Of a stretch of 64,000 nt of DNA, positions 17,720 through 28,845 are shown one piece after another. The notes below the pieces were generated by a model. It was not told the DNA's origin. It did no database searches and saw only the letters and a list, made by a program, of their open reading frames with translations. The position numbers and the translations under genes were made by a program. Source of the stretch: Thermodesulfobacteriota bacterium (GTDB lineage Bacteria > Desulfobacterota > Desulfobacteria > Desulfobacterales > SURF-7); the NCBI GenBank assembly GCA_049320885.1, contig JBMORA010000032.1:43794-107793 (forward strand), given 5' to 3'. Numbering within the stretch: position 1 is the first letter of the stretch; each line of letters starts with the position of its first letter.

Positions 17720-20201
17720 GGAGCACCCCGCGCTGATGAAGAAGTTGGTCGTACGTTCCCATTTCCACGATCTTCCCTGCCTTCATGACGGCTATTGTAT
17801 CATAATTCCTCACAATGTCGAGCCGGTGGGCCACGGAAATCACCGTCGTGTTTCCCCGCAGGCGGGTTTCCAGCATGTTCTGAATCCGGGCCTGGGATTT
17901 GTTGTCCAGGGCCGCCGTGGCTTCGTCCATCAACAGGTATTTCGGTGATTTCAAAAGCACCCGGGCCACCGCCAGCTTTTGCCGCTGGCCGCCGGAAAGA
18001 TTCTCGCCCTTGTTGCCCACCCGGTACTGCAGTCCGATGGCGATCATGGGTTCCAGCATGTCCTCTTCGATCAGCAGATGAACGATCTTTTGGCTGATTT
18101 TTTCCTGAACCCCGGGGGCATTGCTTTTGGGCTTGCCGAAAAGAATATTGCTGAGAATGGTCTGGGAGGGAAGATAGGTCGCTGGCTGAAAGGAAGAAAA
18201 CGCCTCCGGATTCCGTTTCATCACGCTATCCCGGAACAAGGCGCGGCCTTCTAGAAGCTGCTTTGTTAAAGCGCCGGTCAGGGCCGCCATCTTGTGTTTC
18301 CCCGGGCAAAACCGCAAACCCAGCGCCAGCAGCATGCGCTTATCCGGTTCCGCCGCCTGGCGCGGCGGCGTATCCTTTACTCGCCCGATCAGCTCCTTGT
18401 AAGCCCCCAATTCGTCCGCCGCAATGGGACTCTGCTCAAAGAAGGCGGCTTCCGGAGGCAGATTTCCGAGGATATCCACCGTCCGCGCGGCAAGCCCGTA
18501 ACCCAGGTTCAGCAGGGGCGAAAGCAGGCCCGCCTGTTCCAGAAATGCCACAAAATCATCTTGTTTTTCCAGCATCCAGGGATCAAAATCCGGCGAATGG
18601 GAGACGCCGAAAATAATGTTTTCCGCCACGCTTGAATAATACAGGTAATTTCCATCATGAAAAAACTCCACGTATTCGGCCAGACCCTGTCCAAAATCCT
18701 GTTGAAAATGCTTCCGCATTCGGATCAGCAGTGACGCCATGTCACCGTGCCGCGCCCGGTCCAGCATGGCGTTCAAACCGAAATGCAGCACATCCACGAA
18801 CAGACCGACCTGCTGCAGAATCGCGATCATCCGATCCAGATTGGGCAGGGGGTTCTCCTCCCCCCCCCATCCGGCGGCCTTGCAGGCATACAACAGATTG
18901 TCCTCGATGCTTCCGACGAAAATAAACGGGGCCTGGGAAATGATGCCGACGTTATCGACCACATCCTTTTTCGAAAGGTCGGCGACATCCCGGTCATCCA
19001 GCAGAATCTGCCCCCCGGAATACCGGAACAGCTGGCCGATACACTGAACCAGCGTGCTTTTCCCGCTGCCGGAGAAACCGATCAGCGCCAGATGTTCCCC
19101 GGGCCGGAGATTCAGGGAAACGTCGTCCAGCAGCCGAACGCCGTCTTCCGTGGAAAAAGAAAGCCGGTTGATGTGTAAACGGCCTTCAAACCGGTATGGG
19201 GGCCGCTCCGGAGAGGTCAGCCGGAATTCCGGTTCACCCCGGAAATATTCCATGGTCCGGCGGTACCGCACGGAGGCGTCCTGGTACACCTGATAAAACT
19301 CGATCAATTCCTTCCAGGGGTCGTACAATTTTTCCTGGGCGGATAAAAAGGCGACCAAAGCGCCCAATTCCAGGCGGCCGCGCATGGTCAGATAGCCGCC
19401 GAGCACAAAAACGACCAATGGTCCCAAACTGCTGAACAAATTATTCACGCTCTTGACGCCGAACAGGAACGCGTTCCAGACGATCCGGATTTTCTGCAGA
19501 CGGACCACCAGATCCCGGTATTTCCGGTTTTCCACGGTAAAAGCGCCGTTCCCCTGGATCTCCTGAATACCGCTGACGGATTCGGCGATCTTTCCGGAAA
19601 GATCCCGGGAGATATCCACCCGCCGCTTGTTTTGACGATTGGCTCCCTTTTGCAGCAGCGGCACCAGTACCAGCACGATGGGATAGATGGCCAGCGAAAT
19701 GGCCCCGAGGAGCGGATTCAGCCACACCAGATAGCCGGCAAAGGCCATCAGGGTCAGGATATTGACGATGGGGGTGGCCAGGGCCATTCCGGCGAAATTA
19801 CCCGCGGTGCTCAGCTCCGTCAGCAGAAAGGATACCACTGTCCCGGGCTGGGTTCTGCGGAAAAACGAAAGCGGAAGAACCAGGATGTGCTCGAACAGGG
19901 CCAGCCGCATTTCCCTCAGGGCCCGTTCGCCGATGACCGCTTGCAGCAGGTTGATCAGGTATTTGAGGCCGGTTGCGATGACGACGGCCGCCAGGTAAAT
20001 CCCGCAGTAGATGGCCAGCAGCTCCATCTGGCGGAATTTGATGGCTTCGTTGACAATGCGTTTCTGCATTTCCAGCGGGATCACCCTGGCGAATACCGTG
20101 ATCATGATGATCAGCAGGAGCAACAGCTGCAGCCTCATATTCGAAGCAAAAGCCCATGATATCAATGATCTTTCCGTTACGGGAGGCTCTTTTTTTCCCA
20201 T
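17694..20201 (-). CDS. ABC exporter (TMD + NBD) with a large insertion in the NBD
   Basis: N-terminal TM domain and Walker A GFSGSGKS. Signature LSGGQRQK and Walker B LLMDE are displaced far downstream. Confidence 0.9.
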   Translation of the reverse strand: MGKKEPPVTERSLISWAFASNMRLQLLLLLIIMITVFARVIPLEMQKRIVNEAIKFRQMELLAIYCGIYLAAVVIATGLKYLINLLQAVIGERALREMRLALFEHILVLPLSFFRRTQPGTVVSFLLTELSTAGNFAGMALATPIVNILTLMAFAGYLVWLNPLLGAISLAIYPIVLVLVPLLQKGANRQNKRRVDISRDLSGKIAESVSGIQEIQGNGAFTVENRKYRDLVVRLQKIRIVWNAFLFGVKSVNNLFSSLGPLVVFVLGGYLTMRGRLELGALVAFLSAQEKLYDPWKELIEFYQVYQDASVRYRRTMEYFRGEPEFRLTSPERPPYRFEGRLHINRLSFSTEDGVRLLDDVSLNLRPGEHLALIGFSGSGKSTLVQCIGQLFRYSGGQILLDDRDVADLSKKDVVDNVGIISQAPFIFVGSIEDNLLYACKAAGWGGEENPLPNLDRMIAILQQVGLFVDVLHFGLNAMLDRARHGDMASLLIRMRKHFQQDFGQGLAEYVEFFHDGNYLYYSSVAENIIFGVSHSPDFDPWMLEKQDDFVAFLEQAGLLSPLLNLGYGLAARTVDILGNLPPEAAFFEQSPIAADELGAYKELIGRVKDTPPRQAAEPDKRMLLALGLRFCPGKHKMAALTGALTKQLLEGRALFRDSVMKRNPEAFSSFQPATYLPSQTILSNILFGKPKSNAPGVQEKISQKIVHLLIEEDMLEPMIAIGLQYRVGNKGENLSGGQRQKLAVARVLLKSPKYLLMDEATAALDNKSQARIQNMLETRLRGNTTVISVAHRLDIVRNYDTIAVMKAGKIVEMGTYDQLLHQRGVLHELVHGNK

Positions 20202-20234
20202 GCGGGCAACCTCTCTGTTGGTGGAAATTTGTTT

Positions 20235-20264
20235 TTGACATTGTCCGCTGTTTGATACTATGGT
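20235..20264 (+). promoter_or_regulatory. Possible sigma70 promoter for DUF2065-queA-tgt
   Basis: TTGACA at 20235-20240, followed by TACTAT (15-bp spacer) or TATGGT (18-bp spacer), in a divergent intergenic gap. Confidence 0.35.
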
Positions 20265-20294
20265 TCAAATCTTTTGACAACCATGAGGCGTATG

Positions 20295-20483
20295 ATGGAT
20301 TTTTTTCTTTGTGTCATCGGGATGGTCATGATCGTGGAGGGTCTCCCCTATTTTGCGTTCCCGGAAAAAATCAAGGCCTGGGTTCTTCGGATCGGTGAAA
20401 TGCCGGAAAACGCCCTGCGCCGTTTCGGCTTCATATTGATGCTTGCGGGTCTGGGCCTGGTGTATCTCGGAAGGCATCCGTAA
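20295..20483 (+). CDS. DUF2065 family small membrane protein
   Basis: IGMVMIVEGLPYFAFPEKIK...LRRFG pattern, preceded by a GAGG RBS. Confidence 0.8.
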   Translation: MDFFLCVIGMVMIVEGLPYFAFPEKIKAWVLRIGEMPENALRRFGFILMLAGLGLVYLGRHP

Positions 20484-20498
20484 CCATCGGAAGGCTGT

Positions 20499-21560
20499 AT
20501 GTTCGCTCTCTCGGATTATCATTATCATCTGCCGGAAGAATGCATCGCCCAGGCTCCCGCCGCCTCACGGGGAGCCTCCCGGCTGCTGTTTCTGGACCGC
20601 GCCGGCGGGAAAACGGCCCACCATCGCTTTGATGACATCACCCGGTTGCTCAAAACCGGAGATATCCTGGTGCTCAACGACACCCGGGTCGTTCCCGGGC
20701 GTCTCTTCGGCCGCAAGGATTCCGGCGGGATGGTGGAGGCGCTGCTGCTCGATTATGCCGGCGGAATGGAAAAATGGAAGGATCAAGGCGTATTTGAATG
20801 CCAGTGCCTGGTGCGGGCCTCCAAGGGTGTGAAGATCGGCGGCCGCATCCTCTTTGATGAAGGCCTGGAGGCCGTTGTCGCGGATCGCGCGGACAATCTG
20901 TACACCCTGCGCTTCTCGGCGCCGGCGCATTTCGGTGAGCTGCTGGATCGCATCGGTCATACCCCCCTGCCGCCGTATATCAAACGGAAACCGGGCGCGG
21001 AAGATCCCCGGGACCGGGATGCCTATCAAACGGTATATGCCTCCCGGAAAGGCGCCATTGCCGCCCCCACGGCCGGTCTGCATTTCAGCGACGCGCTGCT
21101 GGAAACCATCCGGGCCATGGGGGTCAAGATCGCCGTCATCACCCTCCACGTGGGATACGGTACTTTCCTGCCGGTGCGGGAGGAGGATATCCGCCGGCAT
21201 CGGATGCATGCGGAACGATATGCGGTTTCCTCCCAGGCCGCCGAGGCCGTCAACGAAACCCGCAAACAGGGCGGGCGCGTCGTCGCCGTGGGTACCACGG
21301 CGGTGCGAACCCTGGAACACCTGGCCGATCCCGCCGGACATCTGTCGCCGGGAACCGGTCTCTGTGAGCTCTTCATCTATCCGGGATACCGCTTCCGGAT
21401 CGTCGACGCCATGGTCACCAATTTCCATCTGCCCCAATCGACGCTGCTGATGCTGGTTTCGGCCTTCGCCGGCCGGGACCTCGTTCTCCAGGTTTACACC
21501 GAAGCCGTTCGGCTGGGATATCGTTTTTTCAGCTATGGCGATGCCATGCTGATCGCCTGA
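20499..21560 (+). CDS. queA: S-adenosylmethionine:tRNA ribosyltransferase-isomerase
   Basis: YHLPEECIAQ, PLPPYI, YQTVYA, AAPTAGLHF, TNFHLPQS and YRFFSYGDAM. Confidence 0.97.
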   Translation: MFALSDYHYHLPEECIAQAPAASRGASRLLFLDRAGGKTAHHRFDDITRLLKTGDILVLNDTRVVPGRLFGRKDSGGMVEALLLDYAGGMEKWKDQGVFECQCLVRASKGVKIGGRILFDEGLEAVVADRADNLYTLRFSAPAHFGELLDRIGHTPLPPYIKRKPGAEDPRDRDAYQTVYASRKGAIAAPTAGLHFSDALLETIRAMGVKIAVITLHVGYGTFLPVREEDIRRHRMHAERYAVSSQAAEAVNETRKQGGRVVAVGTTAVRTLEHLADPAGHLSPGTGLCELFIYPGYRFRIVDAMVTNFHLPQSTLLMLVSAFAGRDLVLQVYTEAVRLGYRFFSYGDAMLIA

Positions 21561-22733
<1,173 letters not shown>

Positions 22734-22865
22734 AAACGGTTCCCGCCGGAATCATTTTTTATGTTCCTAATGCGGAAAATATGGTAAACCGGTCTGGACA
22801 AAACGACTTGAAACAAGATGAACCGATTTGAAAACCAATCGAACAAACGGCAAGGAGAATGGATC

Positions 22866-23087
22866 ATGAAAGAAAAAATTCAGGCGGCCCTCGACAAGAT
22901 TCGTCCCATGCTGCAGGCGGATGGCGGCGATGTGGAATTCATCGACGTGAAGGACGGAGTGGTGTCCGTCAAACTCCGGGGGGCCTGCGCCGGCTGTCCC
23001 ATGTCCCAGATGACCCTGAAAAACGGCATTGAGCGGATGCTGAAGCAGGCGGTTCCGGAAATCAAAACCGTCGAAAATGTCGCCTGA
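22866..23087 (+). CDS. NifU/NfuA-like Fe-S cluster carrier
   Basis: IRPMLQADGGDVE and GACAGCPMSQMTLK. Confidence 0.9.
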   Translation: MKEKIQAALDKIRPMLQADGGDVEFIDVKDGVVSVKLRGACAGCPMSQMTLKNGIERMLKQAVPEIKTVENVA

Positions 23088-23129
23088 TCCGCGAATCGAA
23101 AAGAACATAGCCGACCATAAGGAGAAGTC

Positions 23130-24335
23130 ATGACCATCTCAGCCAAGATGGAAACCTTTCTGACCAGCGCCTCCTGGATTCGCAAAATGTTCGAGGAAGG
23201 GGGCCGTTTGAAGGCCCTGCACGGCGCCGACAATGTGTTTGATTTCAGTCTGGGCAACCCCAATGTCCCGCCCCCGGATCAGTTCCGGGAGGTGTTGCGG
23301 GATACGGTGGACTCCTGCGGACTGGGCGATCACTGCTATATGCCCAACACCGGTTATCCCCAGGTCTGCAGCTCCGTGGCCGATTTCGTCTCCCGGGAGC
23401 AGAACATTCCGATCTCGGCGGAAGACATCATCATGACCTGCGGCGCGGCGGGCGGCCTGAACGTCATTTTCAAGACGATTCTGGATCCGGGCGATGAGGT
23501 GGTCACGCCGGCCCCCTTCTTCGTCGAATACCGTTTTTACGCGGACAACCACGGCGGCCGGCTGGTCACCGTACCCACCGGACCGGATTTCAACCTGGAC
23601 CTGGACGCCATGGCCGCGGCCGTCACGCCGAAAACCAAGGCCGTGCTGATCAATTCGCCCAACAATCCCACGGGAAAAGTCTACGACGCCGGGACATTAA
23701 GGCGCCTGAGCCGGCTATTGACCGAAAAGAGCCGTGAATTCGGGCGGACCATTTATCTCATCGCCGACGAACCCTACCGGAAAATCGTCTATGACAACGT
23801 CCGGGTTCCCAGTGTGTTCAGCGACTATCCCGACAGCATGGTGGTCACCTCCTACTCCAAGGATATTTCCATCCCCGGGGAACGCCTGGGGTATGTCGCC
23901 GTGCATCCCGAGGCGTCTCATAAGCAGCCCCTGCTGTCCGGCCTGACCCTGGCCAACCGGATACTGGGGTTTGTCAATGCACCGGCCCTCATGCAACGGG
24001 TGATCGCCGCGCTGCAAGGCGTCAGCGTCGATATTTCGGAATATGCCAGAAAACGCGACCTGCTCTGCGATGGTCTTGCCGCTTGCGGCTACGAATTCAC
24101 CAGACCTTTGGGCGCATTCTATCTTTTCCCCAGGTCGCCGCTTGCGGACGATGTCCGTTTTGTCCGGTTGTTGCAGGAAGAATTGATCCTGACAGTGCCC
24201 GGCAGCGGATTCGGCGGCCCCGGACATTTCCGGATCGCTTTTTGCGTGGAAGACAAGACCATTGTCAATGCCCTGCCCGGATTCCGGCGCGCATTTGAAA
24301 AAGCCGCTGGAAATACAATCACGAGTGAAAAATGA
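23130..24335 (+). CDS. PLP-dependent aminotransferase class I/II (aspartate aminotransferase-like)
   Basis: [18 protein letters not shown] and [14 protein letters not shown] (PLP lysine). Confidence 0.9.
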   Translation: MTISAKMETFLTSASWIRKMFEEGGRLKALHGADNVFDFSLGNPNVPPPDQFREVLRDTVDSCGLGDHCYMPNTGYPQVCSSVADFVSREQNIPISAEDIIMTCGAAGGLNVIFKTILDPGDEVVTPAPFFVEYRFYADNHGGRLVTVPTGPDFNLDLDAMAAAVTPKTKAVLINSPNNPTGKVYDAGTLRRLSRLLTEKSREFGRTIYLIADEPYRKIVYDNVRVPSVFSDYPDSMVVTSYSKDISIPGERLGYVAVHPEASHKQPLLSGLTLANRILGFVNAPALMQRVIAALQGVSVDISEYARKRDLLCDGLAACGYEFTRPLGAFYLFPRSPLADDVRFVRLLQEELILTVPGSGFGGPGHFRIAFCVEDKTIVNALPGFRRAFEKAAGNTITSEK

Positions 24336-24358
24336 CGAATTACGAATGGAGGCATTCC

Positions 24359-24763
24359 ATGAAGATATTGAAGATCGATCACCTGGGAATCGCCGTCAAC
24401 AGCATCGACGAAGGCAAAAAATTCTGGACCGACATTCTCGGTCTGCATTTCGAGGGAACGGAAACCGTCGCTGAACAAAAAGTGACCACCGCTTTTTTCC
24501 CGGTGGGGGAAAGCGAAGTGGAACTCCTGGAGTCCACGGCGCCCGATGGCCCCATTGCCAAATACCTGGAAAAAAAGGGGGAAGGAATTCAGCATATCGC
24601 CTTCCGCGTGGACAATATCGAAGCCGCCCTGGCGGAACTCAAGGAGAAAGGCATCCGCCTGATCGATGAAAAACCCCGTAGGGGAGCCGGCGGCGCAAAA
24701 ATCGCCTTTCTGCATCCCAAATCCACCAGCGGCGTGCTCGTGGAATTGTGTGAGCGCGGCTGA
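24359..24763 (+). CDS. mce: Methylmalonyl-CoA epimerase
   Basis: [23 protein letters not shown] and [23 protein letters not shown]. Confidence 0.92.
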   Translation: MKILKIDHLGIAVNSIDEGKKFWTDILGLHFEGTETVAEQKVTTAFFPVGESEVELLESTAPDGPIAKYLEKKGEGIQHIAFRVDNIEAALAELKEKGIRLIDEKPRRGAGGAKIAFLHPKSTSGVLVELCERG

Positions 24764-24765
24764 GG

Positions 24766-25404
24766 ATGTCCGGGATCAGACGAATCTGCGTCTTCTGCGG
24801 TTCCAGTCCGGGCTCCCGGCCGGAATACGGGGATGCGGCCGTTGAACTGGGCCGCACCCTGGCGGAGCAGGGCATCGGCCTTGTCTACGGGGGTGCCGAT
24901 GTCGGCACCATGGGGATTCTGGCCCATGCGGTGCTGGAAAACGGCGGCGAAGTGATCGGCGTCATCCCCAAGGCCCTGGTGGAAAAGGAGGTCGCCTTCA
25001 CGGCGCTGGACGATCTGCGCATCGTGAATTCCATGCACGAACGCAAGGCGCTGATGGCCGAGCTGTCCGACGGCTTCATCGCCCTGCCGGGCGGTCTGGG
25101 CACCATCGAGGAGTTTGTGGAGTCCCTGACCTGGACCCAGCTGGGAATCCACCGGAAACCCTGCGGCCTGCTGGATGTCCGCGGATATTTTCAGCATCTG
25201 ATCGCGTTTCTGGACCATATGACCGACCAGAAATTCCTGGTGCCGGCCCACCGCGAGATGGTGATCATCGATTCCGATCCGCAGACCCTGCTGGAAAAAT
25301 TCGCCGGCTTCCAGCCGCCGGTGGTGGACAAGGCGGACTGGGCCATTCGGCTGAACAGCCGCGCCCCTCAGTCTCCGGACTTTTTGCCGAATAATTCGGG
25401 ATAG
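24766..25404 (+). CDS. LOG family nucleotide phosphoribohydrolase (TIGR00730 type)
   Basis: ICVFCGSS, LVYGG, MHERKALM and ALPGGLGTIEE. Confidence 0.92.
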   Translation: MSGIRRICVFCGSSPGSRPEYGDAAVELGRTLAEQGIGLVYGGADVGTMGILAHAVLENGGEVIGVIPKALVEKEVAFTALDDLRIVNSMHERKALMAELSDGFIALPGGLGTIEEFVESLTWTQLGIHRKPCGLLDVRGYFQHLIAFLDHMTDQKFLVPAHREMVIIDSDPQTLLEKFAGFQPPVVDKADWAIRLNSRAPQSPDFLPNNSG

Positions 25405-26495
25405 TGTTTTTTCTTGCATTCCGGACAGACCCCGTGGCTGAATTCGGCGTCCGTATATTTGGAAACATATTCCTCCACCTGGTTCCAGTAGCCCTTGTCA
25501 TCCCGGATCTGTTTGCAGAAGGAACAGATGGGAACGATTCCGCGCAGGGTTTCAATGCGCTTCTGGTAAGCGTTTATGGTCAGGCTGGTCAAGACCAGAA
25601 TCACGACGGTGATCACTGCGCACACGGCCAGGTTGATCAGCAGCGTGGTCAGAATGGTCCGCAACGCTTTTTCCTCGGCCTGCTCCACGAGCAGGTATAA
25701 TCCGAATTCTTCTATATACCGCGTATTCAGGTGAATCATCCTGCCCTGATTCTGGTACCGGAAGTAGGTCTCCTTGCCGGAGACAATTCGCTCCAGCAGC
25801 GGCGCCAGCCCCTCCACCTGGGAAATATGATGGGTGGTTGCGGGGAACTGCGAACCCGCCATCTTGATGGCCCCCGTTTGATCAATGAAATAGATATTGC
25901 GCTGGTATTTCCGCTGATATTTCTCGATCAGACGCTTCACCGCGTTGACCGTCAGTCCCACCCCGGTGGCGCCGATATACTTACCGTCAAAATCGAACAC
26001 GCGGTAATTGATGAAAATGGTCATGGCGTCCTTGTTGGCCAGATCCGGGTCCATGTTGATCTCGTATTCGGTTTTCATGTCGCGGACCCGGAAATACCAG
26101 ACATCCCGTTCCTCGGTTGCCGAAACGGTTTTCAGTATGCCTTCGGCATGGTAGTAGTTCCTGGTGCGTTCGGATACGAAAAAACTGGTGACGGTTCCGA
26201 AGCGGTCCTTGATTTCCCCCAGATAGCGGGTAATCTGCGCCACATCCTGTTCCCCCTGGATCACCCAATCCCGCAAAAACGTGTCCGATGCCATGAGGGA
26301 AGAGATGAAAATCGGACGCAATAAATCCCGCTGAATTTCCGAATAGAGGTTATCACTGGTCAACGGTAATGTGTTGCGGGTGATCTGGGAGCGCAGGGAG
26401 GCCCGGGATGCGAAATAACTGGCCAGACTGGTCATGACAAAACCGGCGATCAGCAACATGCTGATGGCCGGGAGCAATTTTCGCTTTTTGTTCAT
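25368..26495 (-). CDS. Membrane sensor: two TMs flanking a Cache domain, with a C-terminal Cys/His zinc-ribbon-like domain
   Basis: TM-periplasmic-TM layout. C-terminus PICSFCKQIRDDKGYW...SHGVCPEC. Confidence 0.75.
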   Translation of the reverse strand: MNKKRKLLPAISMLLIAGFVMTSLASYFASRASLRSQITRNTLPLTSDNLYSEIQRDLLRPIFISSLMASDTFLRDWVIQGEQDVAQITRYLGEIKDRFGTVTSFFVSERTRNYYHAEGILKTVSATEERDVWYFRVRDMKTEYEINMDPDLANKDAMTIFINYRVFDFDGKYIGATGVGLTVNAVKRLIEKYQRKYQRNIYFIDQTGAIKMAGSQFPATTHHISQVEGLAPLLERIVSGKETYFRYQNQGRMIHLNTRYIEEFGLYLLVEQAEEKALRTILTTLLINLAVCAVITVVILVLTSLTINAYQKRIETLRGIVPICSFCKQIRDDKGYWNQVEEYVSKYTDAEFSHGVCPECKKKHYPELFGKKSGD

Positions 26496-26503
26496 GTTTT
26501 GTC

Positions 26504-27574
26504 CTATTCCGGCCGGTAATCCGGCTCATTTCGGTTGACGATTTTCAGCTTGCGCCATTCAGACGCATTCTCGAAGGGAACAGTGCCGTCGTCGGTATCC
26601 CGCAGGAAATAATTTCCCCGACCATCCGTATAGGCATGGTTGTACATAGGCAGGTACTGGGTCTGGCCGGTTTCCGGATCACGGGTTTCGATCTGATCGG
26701 TGATCACCTTGTAAAATTCCTCCTGGATATCGCTTCTGGTCTGGCTGCGATTCCGACTGATTTCCGCGTCGATCCGGTTCATTTCCTGAATGGTCTGGTG
26801 GTATTGCCGGGCCCGCTGGCTGGCCGCTTCGGCGGCGCGCCTGGCCCATTCCGGGTTCAGCCGGAAGGACCGGATGCAGAGCTCCATGATCCGCTCATCG
26901 CTTTTCCAGCGGGATTTGGGCGCCACCCAGCCGAAAGTGCCGACGGTGGACCAGATCAGGCCCTGGAGGTCGTAATTGATGGAATAGATGCGTCCGAAGC
27001 TGGGCCTTCCCTGGATGCCGCATTCGAAATTGACATACCCGTAATCGCAGCGGGTGGCGACTCTCGGCGCCCAGGACTGAAGTGTCGAATCCTTCACGAC
27101 GCCGCCGGTGAGCCTGGGATTCTGAAACTCGGCGGCGGCGAATTGGCCGAAGACGATCTGCCGCACGTACTGGGCCACGTCCATGTACGGAAACAGCCAG
27201 CAACCGTTCATCACCTGGCCCGGCTGCATCTGCAGCATGCCGTAACTGGACTGGTAGAGGGTCCGGGGGTCCTGGAAATAGAAGCGCGGATACCAGCCGA
27301 AAAAGGACTGGCCGTCCGGACTGGTCACCCGGAAGCGGATATTGTGCTCCACCAGATCCACGACATTCCACTCCACCCCGCTGGGCAGCATGCCCCCCTC
27401 GGCCCGCCAGCCTCTGGGGACGAGGATGAAAAACGCCTTCTGATATGGTTCCGTATAAACTGACAGATACACGCCCTGACGGGATGCCGCCGTTTCCGCC
27501 CGGCAGAAACCACCGGCGGCGATCAGCGGCAGCAGAAGCGACAGGCAGAACAGGTTTTTCCTGAATGCCGCCAT
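26504..27574 (-). CDS. Hypothetical exported protein
   Basis: AAGGAGGA RBS, signal-peptide-like N-terminus and a coiled-coil-like C-terminal stretch. Confidence 0.7.
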   Translation of the reverse strand: MAAFRKNLFCLSLLLPLIAAGGFCRAETAASRQGVYLSVYTEPYQKAFFILVPRGWRAEGGMLPSGVEWNVVDLVEHNIRFRVTSPDGQSFFGWYPRFYFQDPRTLYQSSYGMLQMQPGQVMNGCWLFPYMDVAQYVRQIVFGQFAAAEFQNPRLTGGVVKDSTLQSWAPRVATRCDYGYVNFECGIQGRPSFGRIYSINYDLQGLIWSTVGTFGWVAPKSRWKSDERIMELCIRSFRLNPEWARRAAEAASQRARQYHQTIQEMNRIDAEISRNRSQTRSDIQEEFYKVITDQIETRDPETGQTQYLPMYNHAYTDGRGNYFLRDTDDGTVPFENASEWRKLKIVNRNEPDYRPE

Positions 27575-27739
27575 GGCGGCTCCTCCTTTTCTCTCCATTT
27601 TCAGCATTCACCTGCGCGCAGAATTCTTTTCTATACAAAAACAAAAGAAAAATCCATCTTTATGACATGGAAAAAGCGATCCTGGATCAACTGGTGGATA
27701 TCGAAGCTCATCAAGGCATTCAAGTGGAGAAGTGGATCG

Positions 27740-28837
27740 TTATTCGCCGGCAACCGACAGCTTTTTCATGAAATCATGGTACAGTTCCGCCGCCTTCACC
27801 ACCTGATGAAAGGGAACGGATTCGTCCTGGGTGTGGGCTTTTTCCAACTGACCGGGCCCCAGAAGAATCGGCTTGGCACCGGCGGCGAAAATCTGGTTGG
27901 CGTCGGAATGGCTGCGGAAAGCCGAGGTTTTCCATGGCAGGGCATGGTCCTTGAAAACGCCCTTCAGGATATCCGCCAGGGCGCCTTTTTCCGGGAGGGC
28001 ATAACCGGCGTCGATGGTTTCGGTCCGAAACCGGACCGTGATGTCCGCAGTCCCGTTGTCCCGGGCGCCCACCACCTCCTCGATCTCGGTGACGATCTCG
28101 CCGATGGACCTCTCCGGCGGCAGATGGATGTCGATCCAGGCCTCGCCGTATTCGGGAACGGCGAAACCGGCGGGCGGCGTGAACAGATCCCGGATGTTGT
28201 AAATCAGCTCCGGCCGTTTGTGCTCCAGGTGGCTGGTGAACTTGAGCAGGCCGCCCAGCAGGATCTCCACCGCGTTCTGTTTCCGGTCCGCCAGGGAGGC
28301 GTGGCGCCTTTTCCCCACCGTGTTGATCTGGCCCTCGAGATAGCCATAGCTTTGAAAACAAGGGACCAGATCCGTGGGTTCGCCGATCAGGGCCCAGGGA
28401 AAACGGTAGTTCCTCATCAACTGGGCCGCTCCGTCCCCGGTCTCCTCCTCGCCCACCACCAGGCACAGGGCCACGGGCGGCTGGGGGACACCGGTTTGCC
28501 GCAAGGACAGGAACGCCTCGATCATCGCCGCGCAGCCGGCTTTCATGTCGGCGCTGCCCAGGCCGAAAACCTCATCCCCTTTTTCCACGAACAGATAATT
28601 GTCCAGGTCATAGGCCGTCACCGTATCCAGGTGCCCGATGAGGGCCAGGCGAATATCGCCCCCTTCCGGCGCCGCGATCAGGTTGTAGCGATGCTCGTCC
28701 ACCGGCTGGACCTGGACCTCCACCCCGTTGCGCTTGAGATACCCCTTGAGATAATGGAGAATCTCCTCTTCCTTGCCGGAAGGGCTGTAAATGTCGATGA
28801 GACGCTGCAACAGTTTTTTCAGACGCTGGCAATCCAT
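27740..28837 (-). CDS. M20/M25/M40 metallo-hydrolase (acetylornithine deacetylase-like)
   Basis: GHLDTV, GSADMKAG, GEEETGDG, GEPT and AHTQDE. Confidence 0.9.
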   Translation of the reverse strand: MDCQRLKKLLQRLIDIYSPSGKEEEILHYLKGYLKRNGVEVQVQPVDEHRYNLIAAPEGGDIRLALIGHLDTVTAYDLDNYLFVEKGDEVFGLGSADMKAGCAAMIEAFLSLRQTGVPQPPVALCLVVGEEETGDGAAQLMRNYRFPWALIGEPTDLVPCFQSYGYLEGQINTVGKRRHASLADRKQNAVEILLGGLLKFTSHLEHKRPELIYNIRDLFTPPAGFAVPEYGEAWIDIHLPPERSIGEIVTEIEEVVGARDNGTADITVRFRTETIDAGYALPEKGALADILKGVFKDHALPWKTSAFRSHSDANQIFAAGAKPILLGPGQLEKAHTQDESVPFHQVVKAAELYHDFMKKLSVAGE

Positions 28838-28845
28838 CCCGCTCC

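Noticed and set aside
22866..23087. Possible selenocysteine in the NifU CxxC motif
   Set aside because: Both codons are Cys (TGC, TGT). There is no in-frame TGA.
24331..24349. AATGACGAATTACGAATGG, resembling the heptamer element
   Set aside because: Only about 2.5 units with no inverted partner. Too short to call.
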